Shown here: piece after piece, positions 47,559 through 56,972 of the stretch
How positions within the stretch are numbered: position 1 is the first letter of the stretch
Layout of the letters: each line of letters begins with the position of its first letter
Assembly: GCA_038207395.1 (NCBI GenBank)
Contig: JBBQZW010000001.1
Coordinates: forward strand, 13,530 to 77,529
DNA from: Minisyncoccia bacterium
GTDB taxonomy: Bacteria > Patescibacteriota > Minisyncoccia > Phycocordibacterales > Phycocordibacteraceae
Reading direction: 5' to 3'
DNA length: 64,000 nucleotides
Made by a program: the position numbers and the translations under genes
The notes under the pieces: model-generated
Seen by the model: the letters and a program-made list of their open reading frames with translations, nothing else
What the model was told of the DNA's origin: nothing
Database searches by the model: none

Positions 47559-50210
47559 TTATTTCTTATACACAAAGTCTACCTTCTTTTCAAATACATT
47601 GGGATCAATCTTGGGGAGTGGCGCTTCATTCATGAACTGAGTCGGCGGAATAAGAATTGGGGTCCCATCCTCAGTGGATGACCATTCGACAACTACCGGC
47701 TTACTAACTCCTGTCTCTAATATCTTTGATGTTACCTGGAATCTAATTGTTGAACCCGGATGAGTCTCAATATATTTTTGTGCTGCTGCATAGCGAGCAT
47801 CATCGTTAACTCCGCCAAATAAAGAAAGAATTTGATGACCTTTTTTATCTGTATATGAATACACGCTTGGCTCGTTGAGATTCAAGGTCAGCCCTCGAGG
47901 AGTAGTTAGTGTATTTGCTACAGATTCCAGTGGCGCTGAGGGAGCGGTATCTGGAACACTGGTCTCAGTATTCGAAGGTGCTAGTTCAGAAGCAAAGGAT
48001 TCGCTTGGTTCTGCTGCAAATCCTACAGATTCACTAGACAAAGGCTCAGTCACTTCCGTTGGAGGTATCGCTGGAGCAACTTCTGCAGTCGTCTCTAATG
48101 GTGATACTCCTGAAACTGGTGCACTACTTTCGGTAGAAGGCGCAGGTGATATTTCTTCTACTAACGGAGTGGGAGGTACTAGAGTCTCTCCTCCAGACGC
48201 CGAGGGTGTATCGACTAATTGCTCAACGCGCACCGGAGTTTGTTCAGCATTGAGAGAATGAATAGTAAATCCTTCTGCGTTTGGAGTGTTTTCTATGAAC
48301 AGCTGTGGTTTCCCGTTAACCGGGTCGTACCAAATATTTTGGTTGTCATCAACAAAAAACTGATCTCCCATCACGGTACGCATTCCCTTCTCTCCAAAGG
48401 CGTTTCCGACTTCGCGCGAAAGTGTATTTGGATTAGTTTCGAGAAAATGTTTTAAGCCAGGTGTTTGATGCGCAGAATCATACAAATTACTATTTTGAAT
48501 TGATGATTTTAATTCTTCAAATAACGTTCCTGTTCCTTCACCTGCCGTGTGTATCGTAGCTCCAACATTAAAATTAGCTGGTCCCGTACCTTCGATATTT
48601 GGAAGTCGTCCAGTACTCACTGATTCTCCCTGTAGTGTTTGCACGGTAGACGCTTTCAGCTCATGTACGGTATCTAGTGATTTTTGAACAGAGGGCAGAT
48701 GTCCAATCGAAGAATGACTGAGAATTTCTGCTGACGTAATTGATGCCGTACCAGCAACGGCAAGCGTGGTATACATTTCGACTTTCCTACGTGCAGCTTC
48801 ACGAGCTTGTGCATTGCCGCGTTCATAGAGTTTTGTTTCTTCGGCGAGCGCATCGGCATCACTAATCAATCCCGTAGTAGTATCGCGTAGCGTTCCAAGA
48901 AGAGCTTTTTGACGATTTGCACCAGCGGTAGTTGAGAATATCTTTCCAGCAAACGCACCAGCTGCAGCTCCTCCAAAAGTGCTGAGTGCGCCCCGTCCCA
49001 AGCGCCATGCAAGCATTGCTGCCCCTCCAAATCCGCCTGTCGCAACGGTCGCGATAAGTGCACCACCCAAAATGCGGGTAGAGCGTGCGTACTGCTCAGC
49101 AGCCTTTTTCTGATCAAAGTCTTCATTACTTCGCGAAATTGTTTTTGACTGTATGCGCGCGAGACCTTCACCAATTTTTTGTGTTCCGATATTCACTGCA
49201 CCCAGTATTCCAAGAGCACTATTTGTTCCCCACAAAAGCGCTTTGTTATGAAGTTTCTTACCCTTCTCATCAAGTGCTTCGCGCATTGCGGCTGTACGTG
49301 CATCCGCAGGACGAATTGCCGTATCACGAATACCTATAAACCGAGCCACTATCTTATCCTTAGTATCAGCTCCTTCGGCGACCTTCCCGAGATTTGTTCT
49401 CCAGGCAAGTCGGGCAGCATCATACTTCTCCTGTACTTCAGCAGGGATTTTTTTACCAAACGCGGTCCTTCCTATAGCTGAAGTTGAGGTGTGTAAATCA
49501 CGAACTGCATCAGCATATTCTTTCTCCGCTTCAAGCATTGCTACGCGAGAATCTTCAATTCCAAACTTCTTTGCGAATTCTTCAGCGCGCTGTTCACGTT
49601 CTATTCTTCGTCTTGAGACTCGCTCTTCCACTGATTCTTTTTTACTTTCTATATCTGCAGCGGGGAGTACTTCTGTGTTACCTTTTTCTGGAGCTTCCTG
49701 AACCTCACTAGTGGTAGGGATAGTCTCCACTGCTCCGCTAACAGTCTCATTAGGAGAAACTTCTTCTTGTTTTTCGTTTTCAATCTCTGCAACGGTTTCT
49801 ACAAATACCGCTTTTTGCTCTGCTGGCGTGAGTTTTCGTATGATATTTGATCGTATTTTCATCTCAAGCGCGTCTCCAAGTGGTCCGTTTATCGATTCAA
49901 TTTGATCTTCAAGTGAGTCAGCTAGCTTTTGCTTTTCAGCTACGTCTTCAGTGCTCATCATCTCCCGTGCTATCTCAACGGCTCGATTCTTTGCTTCCCG
50001 CAGTGCGCGTTTTTCATCTGAGATAAATACGTCTTCTTGTGTAGAGTACTCATTCCAGGCATCTAACTTTGATTCTAGTGCCTCTTCCAACTCTTCTGGT
50101 GATGCATGCACCAATCTAAGCGGCACCGCTTCAGGACGGTACAGCCGAGGAAGTTCTTCTTCAACGCTCTCTATTTTCCTTGGTGGAATTTCCCATGAGC
50201 CAATCTTCAT
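47559..50210 (-). CDS. large hypothetical protein (883 aa) with glycine-zipper hydrophobic segments and a Ser/Thr/Pro/Glu-rich linker
   Basis: N-terminal coiled-coil/acidic region. Central GGALIATVATGGFGGAAMLAWRLGRGALSTFGGAAAGAFAG. ST/P/E-rich low-complexity stretch at residues ~690-780. Globular C-terminal domain. Confidence 0.6.
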   Translation of the reverse strand: MKIGSWEIPPRKIESVEEELPRLYRPEAVPLRLVHASPEELEEALESKLDAWNEYSTQEDVFISDEKRALREAKNRAVEIAREMMSTEDVAEKQKLADSLEDQIESINGPLGDALEMKIRSNIIRKLTPAEQKAVFVETVAEIENEKQEEVSPNETVSGAVETIPTTSEVQEAPEKGNTEVLPAADIESKKESVEERVSRRRIEREQRAEEFAKKFGIEDSRVAMLEAEKEYADAVRDLHTSTSAIGRTAFGKKIPAEVQEKYDAARLAWRTNLGKVAEGADTKDKIVARFIGIRDTAIRPADARTAAMREALDEKGKKLHNKALLWGTNSALGILGAVNIGTQKIGEGLARIQSKTISRSNEDFDQKKAAEQYARSTRILGGALIATVATGGFGGAAMLAWRLGRGALSTFGGAAAGAFAGKIFSTTAGANRQKALLGTLRDTTTGLISDADALAEETKLYERGNAQAREAARRKVEMYTTLAVAGTASITSAEILSHSSIGHLPSVQKSLDTVHELKASTVQTLQGESVSTGRLPNIEGTGPANFNVGATIHTAGEGTGTLFEELKSSIQNSNLYDSAHQTPGLKHFLETNPNTLSREVGNAFGEKGMRTVMGDQFFVDDNQNIWYDPVNGKPQLFIENTPNAEGFTIHSLNAEQTPVRVEQLVDTPSASGGETLVPPTPLVEEISPAPSTESSAPVSGVSPLETTAEVAPAIPPTEVTEPLSSESVGFAAEPSESFASELAPSNTETSVPDTAPSAPLESVANTLTTPRGLTLNLNEPSVYSYTDKKGHQILSLFGGVNDDARYAAAQKYIETHPGSTIRFQVTSKILETGVSKPVVVEWSSTEDGTPILIPPTQFMNEAPLPKIDPNVFEKKVDFVYKK

Positions 50211-50221
50211 ATTATGTTCAA

Positions 50222-52975
50222 TTACGAAAGGTAACGCTGCTTAATAGTTGCTTCAACTGTAGCACGGTCACGTCCGTACGTGAGATACGAAAGTTGACGG
50301 AGATCATCAATTTGATCAGGGTTTCCAGCAGACAAGGTACGAGTTTTTATATTGAATGGTTTCTGCGGAACGCCATTTGCAAGAATCTTCACATACGCGT
50401 TTCGGTTTTCAATATTCGTAAAGTCCTTTGCTTCAAAGGTAGGGGTAAATTGCTTACCGAAGAACTCCCCATCATCCTGACCAACGCGGAACACACTCAT
50501 TGAGCCAACGTTTCCGAAGACCGCATCACGAATCTTTTCATCAATCTGTGCGAGGAACTGATGCGCAATGGTGAGAGAGAGTTTATACTTTCGGGCTTCA
50601 GACAAAATACCGGGAATCGAATCCGTGGTGATGTTTTGGAATTCGTCGATATACAAATAGAACGGTGCAAACGTACCTCGTGGATTATCCGCACGAGAAA
50701 GTGCGGCCATGAAGAGCTTTCCAACCAAGATGAGACCAAGTAAGTTTGCATTACGTTCTCCGAGGCGTCCTTTTGAGAGATTCACGAGCAGAATCTTTTT
50801 GTTGTCGATAATGTCTCGGAAATTAAATGACGATTCCTGCTGACCAATGATTGGACGCATGAAGTCATTTGCCGTGAAGTCATCAAACTTATTCGTAATA
50901 TACGGAACAATGTTTTCAAGTGACGCATCCCCTCCTGCCTTGCTCGCAATCTCGTTCCAGAACTGATTAACTATCGGGTTATGTGAACGCGAGAGTTTTA
51001 GATCACGGAATTCTTTGTTTGAAAGAACGCGCCCAATGTCCATCAGTGTTGATCCTGATGCCGGATCTTCCATTACTAGAAGTGTTGCATTACGGAAATA
51101 CTGCTCAAAGGCAGGGCCCATAGACTCAGGCACATCCCCATATAGGCGTCGGAAAATAGCCAAGAGCTCATTTACGATAAACGTTTTTTGTTCAGGATAG
51201 GCGGCATCGTATTCAAGAAGATTGAGTCCTATAGGGCGTGAAAGTTCTGCAGGATCGAAATAGATTACGTCTTCATAGCGTTCCGGCGGAATGGTTGCGA
51301 GAACATCCAGAATGTCGTTTCCATGCGGATCAATGAAACACACACCATTACCCGCTTTAATATCTTGCTCAATCAGTGTGCGAAGGAATCCAGATTTACC
51401 GGTACCAGTTTGTCCAATGACATACAGGTGACGCAAGCGATCTTCAGGAGAAATACGAACTTCGGTTGTTTGCCCTCGGAAGGTATTCGTTCCAAGGATA
51501 ATACCCTCGTTCGGGAGATCAACGGGTGCGGCAGCTCCCGTGAAGCGGGCTTGTTTGAGATGGGGTGACGACTCAATACCGTTAGGAGGAAAATGATAGA
51601 GCGTTGTGAGCTCATGAAGTGAAAGTGGAAGCGTTGCACTTTCTTCAAATAAGCGGAAACTAATGTCGTGAAAGAGACGGCGCAAACTTCCCTTTGAGAC
51701 ACGCTGCCAAACAATGCGGTTGCCGAGAGGATTCTCAAACTGATGGAATGATGACTCAAGCTCAGTAAGAATGTGTGCGGCTCGCTCAGGGTTCTGTGAA
51801 GAAACCGCAAAGCGCATGTTAACGGAAAGTATAGGAGCGCTAATCTTTTTTTCTACTTCTTCAATTTCTGTCTTATTAGACTGAAGTTCACGCCGGCGCG
51901 TACGATCAGCTTCCATTTTCTGATTATTCTTAAAAAATGTGGTGCTTAGTTCACGCACAGCTTCTCCGAAAAACGATTCGGGGATTCGTAAGGAATCGTG
52001 TTTATCTTCGCCCCTGCGAAGGGCTTCAAGGATTCTGCGCGTATGGGTTGTATGGCGATCTCCTTCTGGCTTAATCACTATCTGGAGTGATGCTCCTTCA
52101 TTCTCCGGAGAGATTTTTCCAAATGCATTTAAGAGCGTGTTTAATGGGTCATAATCAAAGCTCGTATAGTCCTTTATCGGAAGCGCTGCGGGCTGTGCCA
52201 GAGTTGCCACAGAAGCAACGCTCGTACCGTCTTGTACGAATACGTTGTAATCATTCGGCTGCACGGTAATGTGCGCGCCGGGGAAAATGGCTAAGATTTG
52301 TTTTTCAAAAAGATCGCAGCGGGAATTAGGTACGGCAGCGTAGAACATAAGGTGCGCCTGACCAACAGGAACGGCCAGTTCGAGTGTGAAATACGCAGGC
52401 TCACCAGTGTGTGCGTGTTCGAGTCCAAATAACCCAGAGTAGAACTGCTCCATCGCTGAAAGAAGTTCTTTGAGCGGCTTTGCTTTTTCTTGATCTGACG
52501 TTCCTGTTATCTCAGGAAGTGCGATCTCGTACATAGTCATGTGCAGCGCACGCCACGCAGGCTGCTTTTCGGTAAAACCTTGTACGGTCATTCCCTTTAC
52601 TAAATACTGCACAAGAAAACGATGGAAATCATCTTCAATATGAGGCGAGTTTAGATTCTCAAGTACGGAAAATGCATTCTTAATGCCCTTTGTTTCCATA
52701 ATGTCCCGGAGCTCCTGAATAGTTTCGTCATCACTTTCAGGATCAAGGTTAAGGGCGAGAGTCTTTGCTTCCTGCGAAGAAAGTATGTACGCAGGATCAA
52801 GCGCTGCATGACCATTCTCTCTATGGTGCGTGATACGCTCATGCACAATGTCTTCGCGTGGTCGCGATTCTTTGAGTGCCGCTAATTCTTGTTCTTTAAC
52901 GGCAATCTGTTCACGCAAAAATGCGAGTTCTTGCTCAGGAGTTGCGACTGTTGCTACAGGACCTTCAAATGCCAT
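50222..52975 (-). CDS. FtsK/HerA-clade P-loop ATPase of the VirB4/VirD4 (T4SS translocation ATPase) superfamily with ~500-aa N-terminal extension
   Basis: Walker A HLYVIGQTGTGKSG. Walker B YLYIDEFQNI. C-terminal KYKLSLTIAHQFLAQI...FGNVGSMSVFRVGQDD, like the TraG/VirD4/VirB4 Q-motif. 917 aa. Confidence 0.7.
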   Translation of the reverse strand: MAFEGPVATVATPEQELAFLREQIAVKEQELAALKESRPREDIVHERITHHRENGHAALDPAYILSSQEAKTLALNLDPESDDETIQELRDIMETKGIKNAFSVLENLNSPHIEDDFHRFLVQYLVKGMTVQGFTEKQPAWRALHMTMYEIALPEITGTSDQEKAKPLKELLSAMEQFYSGLFGLEHAHTGEPAYFTLELAVPVGQAHLMFYAAVPNSRCDLFEKQILAIFPGAHITVQPNDYNVFVQDGTSVASVATLAQPAALPIKDYTSFDYDPLNTLLNAFGKISPENEGASLQIVIKPEGDRHTTHTRRILEALRRGEDKHDSLRIPESFFGEAVRELSTTFFKNNQKMEADRTRRRELQSNKTEIEEVEKKISAPILSVNMRFAVSSQNPERAAHILTELESSFHQFENPLGNRIVWQRVSKGSLRRLFHDISFRLFEESATLPLSLHELTTLYHFPPNGIESSPHLKQARFTGAAAPVDLPNEGIILGTNTFRGQTTEVRISPEDRLRHLYVIGQTGTGKSGFLRTLIEQDIKAGNGVCFIDPHGNDILDVLATIPPERYEDVIYFDPAELSRPIGLNLLEYDAAYPEQKTFIVNELLAIFRRLYGDVPESMGPAFEQYFRNATLLVMEDPASGSTLMDIGRVLSNKEFRDLKLSRSHNPIVNQFWNEIASKAGGDASLENIVPYITNKFDDFTANDFMRPIIGQQESSFNFRDIIDNKKILLVNLSKGRLGERNANLLGLILVGKLFMAALSRADNPRGTFAPFYLYIDEFQNITTDSIPGILSEARKYKLSLTIAHQFLAQIDEKIRDAVFGNVGSMSVFRVGQDDGEFFGKQFTPTFEAKDFTNIENRNAYVKILANGVPQKPFNIKTRTLSAGNPDQIDDLRQLSYLTYGRDRATVEATIKQRYLS

Positions 52976-53033
52976 TACTAAAAGTATACTCTACGTTTTG
53001 TAAGTACTGCATCGTACAAACAATGTAAAGATG

Positions 53034-53633
53034 CTACGGAACGAACGTAACACTCGTAATACTGTTTCTGAGAGCGTAGACAGTACTTGAAGCCGTTGCT
53101 GGGAGTGGCTCTAGTATTTCAAAGGCGAAACAAGCGTCTCCTTTAAGTGTTCGGTAGCTAGTTACCTGTTGCGGATTATCCGTTCCTACTTTCTCAAATG
53201 AAAAATGCTGCCAGGTGGTACTGCCAACGATTAGTTCCTCCTGTTTTGTTTCTGCAGGATCTTTTTTAAGACAAGTAGCTTTTTCGCGAGAGTCAGTGCT
53301 TACTCCTACCAGAAGTACTCCCTGAGTGCTTTGAATTCGTACTATTGGAGTTCCTTTCCCGCTAGCGTTCGTACGCCAAGCTAAGTCATGCGCTGATGAA
53401 CTTGCAAACGAGTCAGTTACCACGCCATCTGCTGGGTAAAAGAAAGAAAATCCATACACACCATTGGTGTATATAGAAAGTGATGACGGATCTGTTTCCT
53501 GGACTGACACTTCCACAGGAGTGGTGACGGGCGCAGGAGATAGTGCTTTGATACGAAAAAGTACGAGGACAGTCGCAATGAGAATGAGTAGAGTAAGAAT
53601 GCCGCCAAGTACCATCCATCCGAAACGTGTCAT
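53034..53633 (-). CDS. membrane-anchored hypothetical protein (N-terminal TM, extracytoplasmic beta-rich domain)
   Basis: 199 aa. One N-terminal TM helix. Confidence 0.5.
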   Translation of the reverse strand: MTRFGWMVLGGILTLLILIATVLVLFRIKALSPAPVTTPVEVSVQETDPSSLSIYTNGVYGFSFFYPADGVVTDSFASSSAHDLAWRTNASGKGTPIVRIQSTQGVLLVGVSTDSREKATCLKKDPAETKQEELIVGSTTWQHFSFEKVGTDNPQQVTSYRTLKGDACFAFEILEPLPATASSTVYALRNSITSVTFVP

Positions 53634-53685
53634 ATATCTAGTATATACCGGAGTACTGCGTGTTGAGTCATGTAAGGTATCGCAA

Positions 53686-54153
53686 TTACGACTCTAATGA
53701 AGTGAGTACGAAACGATTTTCATAGAAGTATCCAGTGACCGTTATGGCTTCCCCATCACTAATCTTTGGATATCCGCTACTGCCGCTATATCCCGGAACG
53801 CACGGAAGATCTCCTGCACCTGGGGCACATCCGCGAGCATCAAGAAAGGTAAGCTGCTTTGTTGCTACTCTATTTGATTCGTCCATATACCTAATAAAGG
53901 GAACGGCTGGAATGCCTGACGAATAATCGAGTACCGCAGTACCGTGGATTGTGTATAGCTCAGTGTCGTAAGACGATTCCGTGCCAATGGATTGTGGAAT
54001 TTCAACTCTGGCCGTAGGTACTGAGTCTGCTACTGAAGCTGTAATAGCGAGCGTAGGTATGGGGGTATCACGAAGCAATAGAATGCTACCAACAATCACA
54101 CAAACACCAAATATAAGCACACCTACCACTTTCATTACCAAAGGGTACGCCAC
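53686..54153 (-). CDS. membrane-anchored hypothetical protein
   Basis: 155 aa. One N-terminal TM helix. Confidence 0.5.
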   Translation of the reverse strand: MAYPLVMKVVGVLIFGVCVIVGSILLLRDTPIPTLAITASVADSVPTARVEIPQSIGTESSYDTELYTIHGTAVLDYSSGIPAVPFIRYMDESNRVATKQLTFLDARGCAPGAGDLPCVPGYSGSSGYPKISDGEAITVTGYFYENRFVLTSLES

Positions 54154-54185
54154 CCTACCTAAAGCAACGATGAAGTGTTACTTCC

Positions 54186-55868
54186 CTACCCTTCGTACAC
54201 CGTGCGTGCGAGCCGAAGATCATCAAAGTTCACCGTACCTTTAAGAAGCTCATATATAGGTGCAAGGTGCTCACTGCTATGCGCACGGAACGCATCATGA
54301 ATACGGGGTAATTCAGTACGAAGAGAATCAGGAATATGCGCTTGAACAAGCGATCGTGGAACCGTACCTGCCTGTACTAATTTTTCTATATGTCCGCATA
54401 TAGTCCCAAACGTAAGCTTTCTTTCAGCGGCAATTTCATGGGGATTCATACATGATTCAAGTAGTCGCTGAGTTTCTGCGTACGTGCTTACTTTCGCAGA
54501 CTTCTTCTTCGGAACAAGCGCTTTCGCATCAGTACCGTCATGCCATTCTCCTCCGGAAGCAGTTACAAAATTCTTTTCAAGTTCAGTACGCTCTCCAGAT
54601 GCATCGAGTGCCGCAAATGCCGCAACCGCATCGTCTGAAGCATCACGAAATACTTCATCGTGAGCAACCACGAGCGGATGTACGATAAGAGCCTGCTCGC
54701 TCCATCCCAATATATGAAGTCCTGCAAGAGACCGCACGCGCGAAAGAGCCACATACCCCTGCCCGTATTCAAATGCGCGTGAAAGATCTATAGCGGCTGC
54801 GTCCATACTCATTCCTTGACTCTTATGCACCGTAATAGCCCACGCAAGACGTAGCGGGACCTGGGTGACCGTCGCACGTGCCTTTCCTCCTTCTTCCACT
54901 GCCCATTCAACGGCAGCTACAGTGATGGTTCGTCCGTCATGCGTTTCAATAACAGGATTGTTCGTGCCTCGCTCGAAAGAAATAACCGTGCCGAGCGTAC
55001 CGTTAGCCATACCAAGCGCAGGAATATTTTTTGTACCCATAACAACCGCTCCTTCTTTAAGTACGAGCACCTCAGGCGAAAGACACCCTCTCTTTAGTGC
55101 TTCAATGAGTGGAGGTGCGCCTGTTCCATTCATAACGTATTTCTTAGGCCCGCCCGGAAGCTGGTCAAGCTTTTGTTGATTCACTCGGTCTACGTCTACG
55201 TTATGCGTATACAAGCGTGGCACATCTTCATCAAATCCTTCCATTTCAACTTCGCGCCCTAAAATAACTGAAACGGTTGTGGGGTCAGGGTCAGCAGCAC
55301 GAATAGAGGAGAGTACTGAAAGGAACCGAGGGTCATCTTGGCGATGCTGCTCGGTCAGGTAGCACACTAACGGATGGAGGTCTTCCCACACGCTTGATTC
55401 AAAGGCAAAGGGTGGTCGATTCGAACCGCGTCCAATAGGGGGTAGTTGAAAAAAGTCACCCACAAGCACAACCTGTATTCCCCCAAACGGTAAGTCATTT
55501 CGTTTTACCTCCTTACAAACCATATCAACCATGGCGAGTACGGGAGCAGAAAGCATTGAGATCTCATCAATGATGAGCGTCGTGGTTTTCTGAATACGCC
55601 TTGAGACATGCTCCTTAGAAGCAATCTGATCAACATCCATAGCGGATAGTGATTCACGGATACCAATTCCACTCCAGGCATGAATGGTCATGCCGTGAAT
55701 GTGCGTTGCGGCAATACCTGTAGAGGCAGTAACCGCTGGCTCCACACCGGTGCTTCGAAGCCACGCAACAAACTGGTTGATAGTGTGTGTTTTCCCACTA
55801 CCGGGTTCACCGGTAAGAAATACATTCGCGCCTGTTTTGAGTATCGTAAGAGCTTCTGCTTGAGTCAT
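54186..55868 (-). CDS. Pif1/RecD-family ATP-dependent DNA helicase with C-terminal helix-turn-helix domain
   Basis: FLTGEPGSGKTH Walker A, LIIDEISML Walker B, FFQLPPI, and a C-terminal HTH-like region typical of bacterial Pif1-like helicases. Confidence 0.8.
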   Translation of the reverse strand: MTQAEALTILKTGANVFLTGEPGSGKTHTINQFVAWLRSTGVEPAVTASTGIAATHIHGMTIHAWSGIGIRESLSAMDVDQIASKEHVSRRIQKTTTLIIDEISMLSAPVLAMVDMVCKEVKRNDLPFGGIQVVLVGDFFQLPPIGRGSNRPPFAFESSVWEDLHPLVCYLTEQHRQDDPRFLSVLSSIRAADPDPTTVSVILGREVEMEGFDEDVPRLYTHNVDVDRVNQQKLDQLPGGPKKYVMNGTGAPPLIEALKRGCLSPEVLVLKEGAVVMGTKNIPALGMANGTLGTVISFERGTNNPVIETHDGRTITVAAVEWAVEEGGKARATVTQVPLRLAWAITVHKSQGMSMDAAAIDLSRAFEYGQGYVALSRVRSLAGLHILGWSEQALIVHPLVVAHDEVFRDASDDAVAAFAALDASGERTELEKNFVTASGGEWHDGTDAKALVPKKKSAKVSTYAETQRLLESCMNPHEIAAERKLTFGTICGHIEKLVQAGTVPRSLVQAHIPDSLRTELPRIHDAFRAHSSEHLAPIYELLKGTVNFDDLRLARTVYEG

Positions 55869-55925
55869 TCTTTCTATTGTACCAGTGCACGTGTTTGAAG
55901 CTATGATTCCCGCACCCCGAGCTTT

Positions 55926-56972
55926 CTACGGCTTTATATTTTCTTTATCCTCTACGCTAGTTTGAGGCATTTTATCATTCGGTGGGACTGATTCCGTGGT
56001 ACTTGCTACAGGGGTAGTACTCGCTGTTGTTGAAGCGGTAGGAAGGAACTTAGCAAGGAGTGCTGTGTGGCGGCCAAGTATAGACGTAATCTCTCTTGCG
56101 CGTACTGCGTCCTGAGTTTCTATATGTGCAGCAGAACGTATCTCAAGCACCTCTTTAGGTGAATGTTGAGGTTCTCGTATTTCAGAATTTTCAGTGAGTG
56201 CCGTAGTTACTTTTGCTCGGGCAGGAGCTGAGTTGGACGAGACTGTAGCTGCAGCACGTGAGGGTGCAATGGAGTCTTCTAGCGCAAGACGCTTTGAGAC
56301 AATACCTTTTTGGTGAACTTTAACTTTTTCAATAAGCTGGGCGAGAGAGCCTTTAGTCTCAAGATTTGCCGGCTCTTCTGAAGACGTGCCAGCATCATAG
56401 TGCGCCGCAATCACCCCTAGAATCTGCTCATGAGCCGTAAGGCGCGCCTCTAGATCAGACTGCACTGAGAGTGAGCCAGTGGTATCACCTGAACGCTCAA
56501 GCTCAGCAGCATGCGTCTCAGTAGCTGATATATGTGCGGTGAGATTTGTAGCGAGTTCAGTTTGTACTGATGGCGTAAGTTTATTTATCGCTGCTAGCTG
56601 TGCTGCTTCCTCTAGGCGGCGTTCTGCGAGGATCGCATTCCATGCCGCTTTGCCGCGCTCACTTGGCACAAGCGCTGTCTGGAGAGGTTCGGTAAATCCA
56701 ACCTTAACTGAATATAAAATGTCGCCCGGTAACGTGTTTTCTGCCGCGTATGCAGTACCTCCAATGCTCACAATCAAAAGGAGTGCAATACTAAGACCGC
56801 TATATATACGCAGGCTAAACGCACTAAAGAAGGGTGACGGTATGGAAATAGGTGCCGGTCGTGGGGCATGCAATTCAGCATACGCAATAAGCTCGGCACG
56901 CATGCGAGTTTTCGCCTCCTCAGGAAGGCGTACGGTATTCAAATGGGTTAGTTGTTCTTCGAGGTTTGTCAT
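55926..56972 (-). CDS. putative membrane-spanning anti-sigma factor
   Basis: 4-nt ATGA overlap with the ECF sigma gene. Single TM at ~residue 50-75. Extracytoplasmic Ala/Ser/Thr-rich domain. Confidence 0.55.
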   Translation of the reverse strand: MTNLEEQLTHLNTVRLPEEAKTRMRAELIAYAELHAPRPAPISIPSPFFSAFSLRIYSGLSIALLLIVSIGGTAYAAENTLPGDILYSVKVGFTEPLQTALVPSERGKAAWNAILAERRLEEAAQLAAINKLTPSVQTELATNLTAHISATETHAAELERSGDTTGSLSVQSDLEARLTAHEQILGVIAAHYDAGTSSEEPANLETKGSLAQLIEKVKVHQKGIVSKRLALEDSIAPSRAAATVSSNSAPARAKVTTALTENSEIREPQHSPKEVLEIRSAAHIETQDAVRAREITSILGRHTALLAKFLPTASTTASTTPVASTTESVPPNDKMPQTSVEDKENIKP

